A DNA stretch of 57,730 bases, counting the filler, from Sphacelaria rigidula (lineage: Eukaryota), in assembly GCA_964200075.2 (NCBI GenBank). It is 5 parts of 5 records of this genome, joined end to end, with 100 filler letters (N's around TTAATTAATTAA, not from the genome) between each part and the next. Parts side by side here need not be neighbours in the genome. Positions count along the whole stretch, not along the records: positions 11,569 to 23,035 come from CAXNAA020004891.1; positions 23,136 to 34,601 come from CAXNAA020004892.1; 3 more parts are not named here. One strand, written 5' to 3'. The translations under genes were made by a program, and so were the position numbers. The notes under the pieces were generated by a model. That model saw only the letters and a list, made by a program, of their open reading frames with translations. It was not told the DNA's origin and did not search any database. The stretch's first letter is position 1, and every line of letters begins with the position of its first letter. Below, piece after piece: positions 13,219-24,106 of this stretch.

Positions 13219-13711
13219 GGCGCGGACAATTATTGATTGAGCGGATCCAAAATGTGAAGGAAAACTGCGTTCGGTAGCGTTTGGTAGTGTTGTTGTGTGT
13301 GCTGTGCTTGTTTCTGTCGGCATCAAGCATTTAAGCGTTCGGTGGTGGCTAGTCAACGTGATACCGAAGCATGAGGAAGTGTCGAGATTTCTGTTGAATT
13401 TTCCTGGTTTATGAAGTCACACTCAATAACGTTACCAAGTTCTTGTGCTGCTAGTAGTTCCTGGCGCTTGGGTGGTACATGCGGAACGCTACGTACGCTG
13501 TACTACCGTCTCACCGCTTCGTTTTTTGGATTCACGTCGCAAAGTTCAGTGATATTTATTTTTCCCCCATGCATATATATGTTTGTGTACCGACTACGTT
13601 CTCGAATTGCTGGCGCTAGGCGGCTGGAATTCACCGCGATTTTGAAGAGATGTGAAGCCAAATGGCGTAGTTTTCTTGCCTCCGGCGGGGCCCCCTCACC
13701 AGCCGGGGGGG

Positions 13712-13774
13712 GGCGTACTCATTTGTTGCTTGCCTTAGTCATTTGACCATTGACCACGCATCCCTTTCGAGACG
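13712..13774 (-). mobile_element. Short poly(C)-associated repeat (module B) with ~20-bp target duplication
   Basis: Reverse complement of CGTCTCGAAAGGGATGCGTGGTCAATGGTCAAATGACTAAGGCAAGCAACAAATGAGTACG, flanked by CCTCACCAGCCGGGGGGGGG at 13694 and 13779. Confidence 0.85.
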
Positions 13775-16399
13775 ACCACCTCACCAGCCGGGGGGGGGGG
13801 GGGGGGGAGGGAGTTTCCTAATTATAACCCAATTTTTTTTTTTTTTGTTTTTTCTTTTTTTTTTATTTTTTTTCTTTTTTTTTTCGTTGTTTCCTTTTTT
13901 TTGGGTGTGTTGGTTGCATTTACCTGATAATCATAACCGATTGTACTTTTTGAAACCAGTTAACTGATTAGTCAAACCAGTTCACACTTCTACAAAAATG
14001 GGTACATCGCCCCACATTTCGCCAAAAGTGGGTACAGGTACACGCGATTGTTGGAGCTGTCCGTGCCATGCCCAAGCCACTTAAAAATCAATCCCGACGC
14101 GAAGACAAAGTCAACCAATGCCCATGCAGAGCATGCACACCAACTTTCGCGAAAAAATAGCGCGATTTGGGGCCAAACAGCACAGCAGGGGACGAGGGCC
14201 TCGCGGCACACCCTCTGTTGTCCGACAATCAGATATGCCCATCCATCACGAGTAACTATGGATCATCTCGAACACGCTTTCGTTCGCTTTTGGACTAACG
14301 GGTGTCCCAAATGTACCCACGTTTGATCACTATCGGCCCTCCACAGCCGCCGTCCAACCCACCGCACGGCACAAAACCGAAGGGCCAACGAGCGTCTCCA
14401 ACGCTTCTTTTTCATCTCTTTCTACGGCCCTGAGACTCGGGACCCCGCCGTCGGTGATTTCTACCCAGGGCGCTTGCGATACACAAAACAATTTTAGGGG
14501 TAGTGAAGGAACACATAGTAATCGTGGGGTATACTGCATGGACGTGATTGTGGACCATGGGGCGACGAGAAGACGAGCGGACAAGGCGAGATACTCTGCG
14601 GGGTAAATATTTTGGAACTTTTTTGGCTTTTCGCCGAAACGTTTTTCGGCCGTGTGCCATCGAGGGGAATATAAACCAGCGACACAGTGACCGTTGCTGT
14701 GGAAGACTGCTGTCACACAGCCCACACATGAGACATAAACACACATCATCTTATGATCCCATTATCGTAGGATAGACAATCAATAGCTGGGGCCGTATTT
14801 GTTGATCGACTGAGTACTACGTTTCTGCCTCCGGGCCAGTTCGAAATATGTTGAGACACGATGGTTTCCGTCAGACGCGCGCCGTAAAACACACCCATGA
14901 ACGACCAAGGACTCCATCGCCAGCAACTTTTCTGGCACACTCACGGCCGATCCTTTTCAAAAACCGACCGGGTCGCCGTGAAACGAACGACACTGTGTGT
15001 AGATGAGCAAGAGCTAGCGCTAGACGTGGATGCGCCTCTGCTGTGGTGTCTACGCATGCTTGTTCCGGCTGAGTGTTTCGGTCACGCCCGTTGAGATTTC
15101 CAGACCTGTTTCCGACCGTGTCGAGGGCGGAAATAAACACCGTCGTTCCGAGAAAGTCCGTTTTGTGTTTCGTCCTCAAGATCCGAGGTGGTTGTTGGGG
15201 GCAGGCAACCTCCCTTGCTCGCTCTTCTTTCGGTTTCTTTTATAATCCTCTCGGCAAGACGCGGCATAATGATTGTCACGGACACTTCAAACGGTACTTT
15301 ACATGTTGGAAAAAACAGGAATCTTCGTACGAATAAAAGTAAATATTATTGCGCTTCACAATTGGGTATCTCCCAAATCCCCCAATAGTTGCTTTGCGGA
15401 GTACCTCGTCTTGTTCGGTTATCTTCTCGTCGCTCCATGGTCCATAACCACTTCATGCATTATATCCCACGACCACTCTGTGTGCCTTTACAATTCCTCC
15501 GATTGTTTCGTATATCGCGAGCGCCCTGTAGCGCATGTTACCTTGACATGCTTACGCGGTGCGCCTGAGCGATGACTGATGGACGAAGGAGCTCAGGAGT
15601 TGTATTCCGTACTTCTGCAACTTGTTATGTCGTTCCCGCGCGCACACACAACGGTCGTGCGGTGTTTCAATCACTCCGCAGCGGTCTCGTCTCTTTCGGG
15701 TGCAAACCAACGACGGCGGGTCTCGAGTCGCCAGGCCATACAAAAAAAAAAAAAAGCGCTGCAGACGTCCGTCGGTCCTTCTATTTTGTGCCGTGCCGTG
15801 GGTTGGACGGCGAAGGTGGAAGGCCGATAGTGATCGTACACTTTGGATACAAGTGAGTCCAGAAAAGGGTAAAAGGGTGTATAAGAGAGCCATCGTTGTT
15901 GGTAATGGATGCACCCACCTCATTGTCGCACAAAAGAGTGCATGCTGCGAGGCCCTCGTGCCCCACCGTGCTGTTTGGCCCTAAATCGCGCCTTTTTTTC
16001 GCGCCAAAGTTGGAGCACATCCTCTGTATGTGCTGTGGAAACCTTCTCTTTGCGCCGGGATTGAGTTTTAGTGGTTTGGGCGTAGCACGGACAGCTCCAA
16101 CTTCCGCATTTATCCGTACCTACTTTCGGGCTGAAATAGCGGGGTGTCGTACACATTTTTGTCTACCGCTCTTGTTCCCTTGTAACGGTACCCACCTTGT
16201 CTCACCAGTTCATACCTATTCAGCCTCCTTCTGACATTGCGCTTGAACCAGCAAGAGCTTGATGAGCGCAAGGCTGGACCCGGCAAACACATTTACACTC
16301 ATAATCCATACAACAATATAGTACACCCGTGGGTGATGACTGTTCAGAGTCCGAAAATTCATCAGCGGGGGGCGTGGTTTATAGGGGTGATGGAACACT

Positions 16400-17151
16400 A
16401 CCGTGACGGGGCGAATCCAAGCCGGCCGAATCATGCGTATGCACGACGAACGCCTCCCCAATATTGTCAAGCGTGAAGTCATAATCCGAGGGAAGACGAC
16501 GGCGGGCCGACCGGCAAGACGCCTGCAACACGGTGTCACGGAATACTGCTCCGACTTCGGAATAAACACGACATCGTGGACGCAGGTTGCCCAATATCCT
16601 CCGGAATGGTACCGAATCGTAGAGGACGGGGTTAATATGTACATGACAGCCTGGATCGAAGCGAGTCATGCCAAGGTATTGTGTGCTGTTACCGCTAGAG
16701 TTCCCCCAGCGCCTATCGAGGATCACCAAAACATAACGAGTAGACCGTCGCGTGGTACATTCGCTAGTGCACCTGCCATCTTCCGAACAGCTTTGGCATT
16801 TGTCTATGAAGGTACCTGGAGTTGTTGATTTGACCCTCACTAGGTATCATAGCCATATAATTTCAATCCCTGCCGTCGTTTCGTGCACTTTCCTTGTTTG
16901 TACTCAAGTGGCAGACCTGGTGGGCTTAGCTTTACCTCCCGATCAACTCGGGGGAGGCTGTTCCTCTTCTGTGTGCTTGACGTCTCTCCTTTGTTTCATC
17001 TGATGTTATTTCGCGTGTTGCTTTTATTAGTCTCGTAAGGAACAATGAGAGCTCTCTCTATTGTACGGAATAGCGGGGACGGTATTGGAAAGACAAACCC
17101 ACGTCTGTGACCATGGGTTTGACATATCGGGCTGATGTGCGGAAAAAAAAA
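16400..17151 (+). mobile_element. 5'-truncated, degenerate RTE-clade LINE (ORF2 C-terminus + 3' UTR + A-rich tail)
   Basis: ORF 16403-16828 reads AGRIMRMHDERLPNIV...GKTTAGRPARRLQHGV...FGINTTSWTQVAQYPPEWYRIV, matching the RTE ORF2 C-terminal pattern (G.v.RM...RLPK.......G.R..GRP..RW...v..D......W...A.dR..W). Tail: GACCATGGGTTTGACATATCGGGCTGATGTGCGG(A)n at 17110-17151. Confidence 0.8.
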
Positions 17152-19355
17152 AGAATGCAACGTACCCGGATAAGGTACTCTAGCTACAGTTGGGGTCCAA
17201 CCACAGTGCGGCCGTCCAGAGTTCGGGGTCTCTCTGCAGTACAGTACGATCAAAACTGTATGTCACAAGTCCGATTCGCAATCAGGAAATTGCACGATAC
17301 CAGTAAAGTACTGTCATAACGGGCTGGCGACCCACCGCGCAATACTGGGACCCTCACTGCACAGACATGGTGTCGAAAAAATCCCTGAAAACCCATCACC
17401 ACGGGGTGTTGTTCACGCCGGGTGCAGGGTGGTATCTAGGCTATCGACGTTATGCGGTGCCATGTGACACTCACTGTCAAGCTTTGCCGCCCCAGCCACC
17501 AACCCGCTGTAGACCCCCTGCAGTGTGTCAGCATTGTACGCATCCTTCCGGCTCGAACCCAACGAGTTGTGAACACCAGAAGAGAAGAAAGAGAGAGAAA
17601 GAGAGAGAACATCACCATCATCATCACCATCACCAACAGCAGAAGCAACAACAAAAGGGATAGAGCAGAAAAAAAAAATCAGGGAGATAGGTACAACGAG
17701 GGTGAGGAGCACATCGGTGATCGTCAAGGCCACGTTTTTTTTCAATATTTTCGAGTTCAACATATTAACAAAAATCCATGAAGAGCCCACAAATTGAAAG
17801 ATAACGCATATACAATCTTTGAGCAGCAATGATCAAGTTGGATTTGGGCAAGGGGTGAACGGTGGCGCAGGGAACCAGGAAACAGCCGTCCCCGGGGAAT
17901 CGGTTTCTACCGTGAGTGATGGGGTGATATCCACCGTGGTGGCCTATAGCGTGCGAATGACAGCGCTTTTCCATTTTGTTCAAGTTTTTTGTCGAATTTT
18001 TCAATCCGGAGAAGACGCAAGAATTAAAAAGTACATGTTAGCCGGGGATTGAATAAAAACACCCTCCCCGAGAACACAGGTGTTTTGTACCGTTTTGGCC
18101 TGTCAGACACGAATGGCTATGCACCTAAATAGACGAGCGCATCGACAAAATGCGGAAACAATGATTACGAGCTGGGCCAGCTCAAAAGCGGCTTAAAGTT
18201 GCTCATGCCACAGCTTTCCTAGTTTCCCGAATGAACCCGATGTAGGCATATCACTGTGAAGTGTAGACCAACCTGGTAACACACGGCACCGCCGCTGAAT
18301 GAAAAAAAAAAAGTAAAAAAAAATGTACTGCATAATGTATGACCTTAACGACGGACGCAAAAAAAAAAGAGAACCTGTCGGGATTCGAACTTATGACCTC
18401 CATAATTGGAGTCTCCCATCACTAGATTCATAGGGGTGCAGTAGCGTCACGGAAAATGTTGAACGCACGGCCCAATTCGACGACTCTCGAGCTGAAATTT
18501 CAAGTAGACTTTCTGCACCCGATGAACTGATACTTCACGTGAGCAGCTGCAGATTTCCCTTTTTTTTCCCTGGACTCATGATATTATCTTGTTTTTGCTG
18601 ACATTTCAAATGCCCATGACTTTTTTTTTCTTTGCTGCTGACGTGATCTTCTGAATTTTGATCATAAAAAGCTGCCGTCAAATTTTCAGCGTCCAACTCC
18701 TAATATCGCGTCATGCGTCGCCTGAGCGAGATTCACACCCACTCTTGGCTGGCCCAGCTCGCATTTCTTCTCGGAACCTCCATTTGTCCCCAATTGGCGA
18801 TGAAACCGATGCATCCCCTTCCGAACCACGATGGGGTAGGGGGTGTTATATACTGTTTTGGTCAGCTATAAAGCATTTACGAACGAATCGCCATGCCCCT
18901 GAACACACTATAAGCATCGTTCGAATGCATTCACCCGATCCTACAGCTTGAAACAAAATGGACTGGACACCCACAAACATGCGGTTTGCACGCAGGGTCC
19001 TATTTGTAAATCGGTATCATTTTTACTTGAGAAGGACTGAAAATAATGCACGTATTCACATGAAGGCGCCTGCGTGCAAACCATGCGTTTGTGGGAGTCC
19101 GGTCCCAAAAGGGTTGATGACCCCTTCCTTGCCCTATTCCATTTCCCGGGGATGATATCAACGCGTCCCCTCCCCGAACAATCTCAGCGGGAAGGGGGTG
19201 TCATTCGACGTTGTTGCTATTTGCGGCGGGGCAACAATGTATATGAGCACGTGATCGGTCACAATAAAAATCCTAAACCTACCCCGAGTACTGACACCGT
19301 TCGTTACCGATAACGGGACTACGAACACCCTGGGAAAGAAAATGGTGCACCCTTC

Positions 19356-19416
19356 CGTGTCGAAAGGGATGCGTGGTCAATGATCAAACGGCTAATGCAA
19401 GCAACAAATGAGTACG
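19356..19416 (+). repeat. Poly(C)-associated repeat, module B copy
   Basis: CGTGTCGAAAGGGATGCGTGGTCAATGATCAAACGGCTAATGCAAGCAACAAATGAGTACG, flanked by CCCTTCC / CCCCCTTTCCCC. Confidence 0.85.
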
Positions 19417-20471
19417 CCCCCTTTCCCCAAGTACGCGCAGGGGTCATCATGTCCTGTCAAGGCCTGTTGAAGAATGGGGATGCGCCTGAACAAGCGAGTG
19501 ACATCGCCAGTATTTATACTTCTATTTTCTGCTTTGAGACCACCCTTGCCCCCCTTCCCGACGACGGGATGAGAGCATCTTCTCACCCAACACTCCAACC
19601 CGGGGGGTGGGGGTGTTATTTGACGAACTAGCCACGTGCGAGCGAAGTACACGATGCTTCTAAACGCGTGAGCAGTGTCATCATGACATCGGCACCGTAC
19701 TATACAACCGCTACGATAGTAAGAGGCATCAATCTTCGTTCGCGATAGGCCAAAACGGTGGATACTACCCCTGGGGACGGCCATTTTCCCATCCATGGAC
19801 AAGGCATGGGTCCGACCTCCATATGAGACTTATACCGATGTTTTGAAGACGCTTTCTGTATATAGTGGTAGTCGTACGTGCAGTACATTTGATGTTTCGT
19901 GAGGTCTTAAATGCACACAAAAAGCCGAAGCAATGGAGGGGCGACATTACCCCCCAAATCAGTCTATCGTCAACTGGTCAAGACCCGTCGGTCCAAGTGC
20001 TGAGACTCCTTTTGGTGTTTGCTGAGCTGGGATTGACCCGATTCGGCCGCAAGTTTTTTCCACCTCCACGAAGCCGTTTACGACGAAGAGAATGTCTTTG
20101 ATACCCCAAATTGGCAATGCCAGATGTAAACGAGTCATTTCTCGGTGTAAGTAGGGTTAGTATTGCAACAGGCACCTCGGGTTTGGCGTCTTCACCACAT
20201 TTCACGCCAGAAAACTGTTTTCTCTATTCAAGGGAGAATTGGACAGGCGATACTTTCGCCTCGACGATCGCGAAAGTGCCCTGAGGAAACGTTCCTGCTG
20301 CAAGCACCGTGACTACGTCTAGCAATACGTGGGCAAGGGTACCGGAAACATCATATGGTTGGATAGGTGAGCCGCAACAAACTTGAACGTGTATATAATA
20401 ATCAATCAAGACAATGGTTAGCACGTTCAACCACGGGATAGCCCATCATCCAGTCCTCCCCCTCCGCTCCA

Positions 20472-20703
20472 CGGCGCTCCGTCTCGAAAGGGAAGCGTGG
20501 TCAATGGTCAAACGACTAAGGCAAGCAACAAATGAGTACGCCCCCCCCCCCCCCCCCTGGTCCGGCGAGAACCCGGCGTGCTCCGTCCCGGCTTTGTAGG
20601 GGCGGACCCCCGATGGGGTTGGCGTCGCTTGGCGATGACGCTGTAAAACACNNNNNNNNNNGGTCAATGGTCAAACGACTAAGGCAAGCAACAAATGAGT
20701 ACG
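20472..20703 (+). repeat. Poly(C)-associated repeat, modules B-(C)n-A-C, then 10-N gap, then B 3' part
   Basis: B at 20472-20540, a C-run, A (GGTCCGGCGAGAACCCGGCGTGCTCCGTCCCGGCTTTGTAGGG), C (GGGGTTGGCGTCGCTTGGCGATGACGCTGTAAAACAC), N10 at 20652-20661, then the B 3' half again. Confidence 0.85.
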
Positions 20704-21621
20704 CCCCCCCCCCTCCCCTTTCCTTCTTTTGGCTTTTTATAGATAGTTTACACACTGGCTTACAACCACAATGAAAGCAGCATGACAGCCTGTGCAAGCA
20801 GCTGCATCATTGACAGGAGCAACCCAACGAATCTAGCTTCTGTAGATGTGGAATATGCACGAATGACCCTGACGCGCGGTATGTACGGGGCAACGTTTCT
20901 TTCTACCCAGGTACAGTGGGAGAATCTCAGATCATTTTGAAGCCAGGTAAGGTTTACATATTCGTTGTCTTTTTCCAGTCAATCAGCATGTACAGAGTAC
21001 GTTCGCTGTACTTAACCGCTGCTACTGCGATATACGCAGACATTGTGAGATTTTTTTCCATGTTTCGGCAGTCCTGACACTTTCGGGGCACTTCTCTCCC
21101 TCATTTCTAGCATATTCCAATGATGGGCTGTGCGTCATATCGTTTCAGCTGTTCTAGACCTCTACTGACGGTCCGGCGCTTCACTGCACTGCATGCTGTA
21201 TGTACTGAAAACAAGTTTAAACAGAGCTCATTTTATTAGCTCCACGGCCATAAATTAAAGTAGGGCCAGTGAGAGTGTAATCTCTCTCAAATGCTGTACA
21301 CGGTTTCTCGACTTCAACGTCAACAATAGTTAGTCGGTGCGCAAACCTCGTGTGCGATTTCAAAACCAACCGTACGTGCAGGTGAGCTGCACAGAAGCAG
21401 CCCCCCCCTTCGCGTGTTCGAACAGCTAGGAGGTCGTTGGGAAGTGATGAAATCATACCCTCGCTGCAAGATAATCCATATCAGTCAACCTGTGCAGGGA
21501 CATAATTTTATTTTTTATCTAGCATCTGGTTCCTCCGCCTGTTCTCCGGGTCATTCCGCGGTCTGTAGATCCTCAAAATACCTCGCCGCTTTGTAAAAAG
21601 GAAAAAAAAACCACCACCCAA

Positions 21622-21666
<45 letters not shown>

Positions 21667-23035
21667 GCACCCCCCCCCCCCCCCCCTCTCCCGTAATAAC
21701 CTTTTGAACGTTTGCAGATGGACATCTGAGCCTGATTCACTTTTCAAGTGATGATAGCGTCCATTTAACTGAAGAGCGTATCTGGGACTGTCGGCGAAAT
21801 TACTGTTCCGAGACGAGGCTCAATTAGGCGTTAAGGAAATTGTGAAATTGTTGGCGGTTGTGATCACCTTGTGTTGCGAATGTAGAACCTTCCCCTATTT
21901 TGGAGAAAATGAGAACAAATCACCGACAAGAAACCATTGGAGGGTTTCACTGTCGAGTCCTCACATGAAGAAAGGAGGGCGAAACCTGGACGGACACCGC
22001 AAGCTCCCTACACGTAACTGAGTATCATCATGCACACAGGCGTTGACAACTGTCACAACCCTAGTGATCAAATCTTTGCACACAAACCAGAGTATAGTAT
22101 AGCACACTGCTGTGCAGAATACCGCAACTATATGCAGATGGGCGATGAATATCCCACTGATGTAGAGCAAGCAGCTGACAACAGTCTTTGTGCTGGACTC
22201 CACCAGGGAGCGCATCGATCGCTGAAATACTGTAGATCGTACCCAATGCACTACCATACGACTTTACAAAAGGGGCACACCTGCAGTTCATCCTCAATGA
22301 CATGAGGGCGCGTTCGCTTGTTTCCCACAATCTTAACCTTACGTATACGCAAAGGAAGATCCCCCCGCACACCCATGGCTAAAGCAGCACGCGAACGCAG
22401 TAGCAACACGTCGAGACGTCGGCAACGTTCGATGGCTGGCGGCCTGATTTGGCAATATTTTCCTATTTTTCATTTCGTCAAATTGTCATCAGACTGTCGA
22501 TTCCCGTCGGTCGTACCCCCTTCAACTTACGTGTACCCATTACTAGAAAAATAGATCTCTGCCGATCAAGTGTGTTCTACTTTATCCGTTTTGACCCCTG
22601 TTGAACGACCAGGCGATGTCGACCATCGATATCCCAAATACCTCGCGGTTTACCGCAATCTCAGCATTCTGCGTTTTCCGGACTTGTTCGCACCAGGCAT
22701 GGTGGACACGGGTACTGGCCAGCCTGAAATGGATTTAAGCTCTCACGACACGGGGTTTCACAAATTGGGGATGGATTTTTATTGAGGATGCCAAACCGGA
22801 GAATTCAAATATTCGTATCACTATCAAATCTTTGAAAGATGGTTCCATTTCTTCACTTGCTGGTAGTTATCGACAACTACTACACGCCATACAAATTTGG
22901 ATTTCGATAGCCGAAATGTTGGTGTCCCAGCAAGGGTCTGTCAAAAAATAGTTCGGAACACGTGAGCCCCAAAATCGAAAGTTAGAGTTTTTTAAGGCGC
23001 GGGGGGGGGGGGGGGGGGCCCCCCCCCGGCGGGGG

Positions 23036-23135
23036 NNNNNNNNNNNNNNNNNNNNNNNNNNNNNNNNNNNNNNNNNNNNTTAATTAATTAANNNNNNNNN
23101 NNNNNNNNNNNNNNNNNNNNNNNNNNNNNNNNNNN
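23036..23135. other. Assembly spacer (N44-TTAATTAATTAA-N44)
   Basis: Same 100-bp spacer. Confidence 0.97.
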
Positions 23136-23782
23136 CTGACCGCCCCCCCCCACCCCTCACTATTCAACTAGGGGACAGCAGACTGGGTGTCCCCCCCCCC
23201 CCCCCCTACGTGTCCCGAAATATATCTTCGACGGACATTGTTTCAACAAATATTCGTCGCACTTTGAACCCCTCCCCTTCATCGGAACGAGTACGTCGTC
23301 TCATGGGATCAGCCCATCTCTCCTCGGTACGTCACTGCTGTACGGCCACTTTGCGCTTCACCTACAAGCCTTGCACTGGAAAAGAGGAAGCAGATATTTC
23401 ACCCAACACACGGTAGGTACTACCAACGTCAGCACCGATCGATGTTCCCGAACAACTCCAGGGCCTTCTCCAGAGTTACTACTGGCGTATGTGCTTCAGC
23501 ACTGATTTGAAGAGAGCGATGGAGCTATCCAGCTGAACACACCTGAACTGAATGGAGGCTATACTCTCTTGATTGTCAATCGTTGCACACTTGCGAGAAC
23601 GTGAGACCCAAGTCATTCATGAAGCACGGTAGAACAGACACGATAGGCTTATTACCTCAAAATTGAAACATACACAAACGACGGTTCTCGTGACAGGTCA
23701 GCAGAGCATCAAACGCTCATGTACACGAGAATGCAATAAGGAAGGAAACGACAAACTGATACTGAGGTATGGCAAGTAACGG

Positions 23783-24047
23783 CCAGGAACGCAGAACAAT
23801 ACGAGTATTATAGCTCAAACAAACCAAACAAATGGATCAATAGCTTGTCGGGCATGAATACCAAACTCGCACGCACGTTCGATATGTACAAGCAAACGGT
23901 CGCAAAACGGAAGGACCAGAAACGCGGAACAATACGAGTATTATAGCTCAAACAAACCAAACAAATGGATCAATTGCTTGTCGGGCACGGATACTAAACT
24001 CGCACACACATTCGATATGTACAAGCAAACGGTCGCAAAACGGAAGG
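23783..24047. repeat. 133-bp tandem duplication just downstream of the AAA ATPase stop codon (probable 3' UTR)
   Basis: CCAG.AACGC.GAACAATACGAGTATTATAGCTCAAACAAACC...CAAACGGTCGCAAAACGGAAGG starts at 23783 and at 23916. Confidence 0.9.
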
Positions 24048-24106
24048 TAGCCCGTACGACGCCAAATGCAGAATACATGACGGAAAGGTAGGTCTATGAT
24101 GACAAG

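Larger units (their letters stand above)
12852..13992. mobile_element. Non-autonomous hAT element, family 2, copy 1
   Basis: TIRs TAGAGTTGTGAACTGG / CCAGTTCACACTTCTA. Perfect 8-bp TSD CAAAAATG at 12844-12851 and 13993-14000. Many AACTGG/CCAGTT subterminal repeats. An inverted homolog lies at 37608-38656. Confidence 0.92.
12838..16167. mobile_element. Foldback-type element with ~650-bp diverged inverted arms, left arm interrupted by a hAT element
   Basis: 14001-~14640 is the diverged reverse complement of ~15370-16165 (e.g. GTTGGAGCTGTCCGTGC vs GCACGGACAGCTCCAAC; CCGTCCAACCCAC.GCACGGCACAAAA vs TTTTGTGCCGTGCCGTGGGTTGGACGG). The right terminus CATTTTTGTCTA matches TAGACAAAAATG at 12840-12851, on the far side of the hAT insertion. 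Confidence 0.75.

Noticed and set aside
19392-20430. Short minus-strand ORFs as a possible gene or transposase remnant
   Set aside because: No recognisable motif and no consistent splice chain.
20495-20520. tRNA gene or tRNA-SINE head in module B (TGGTCAATGGTC resembles an A box / D arm)
   Set aside because: No B box, T arm or acceptor stem follows.
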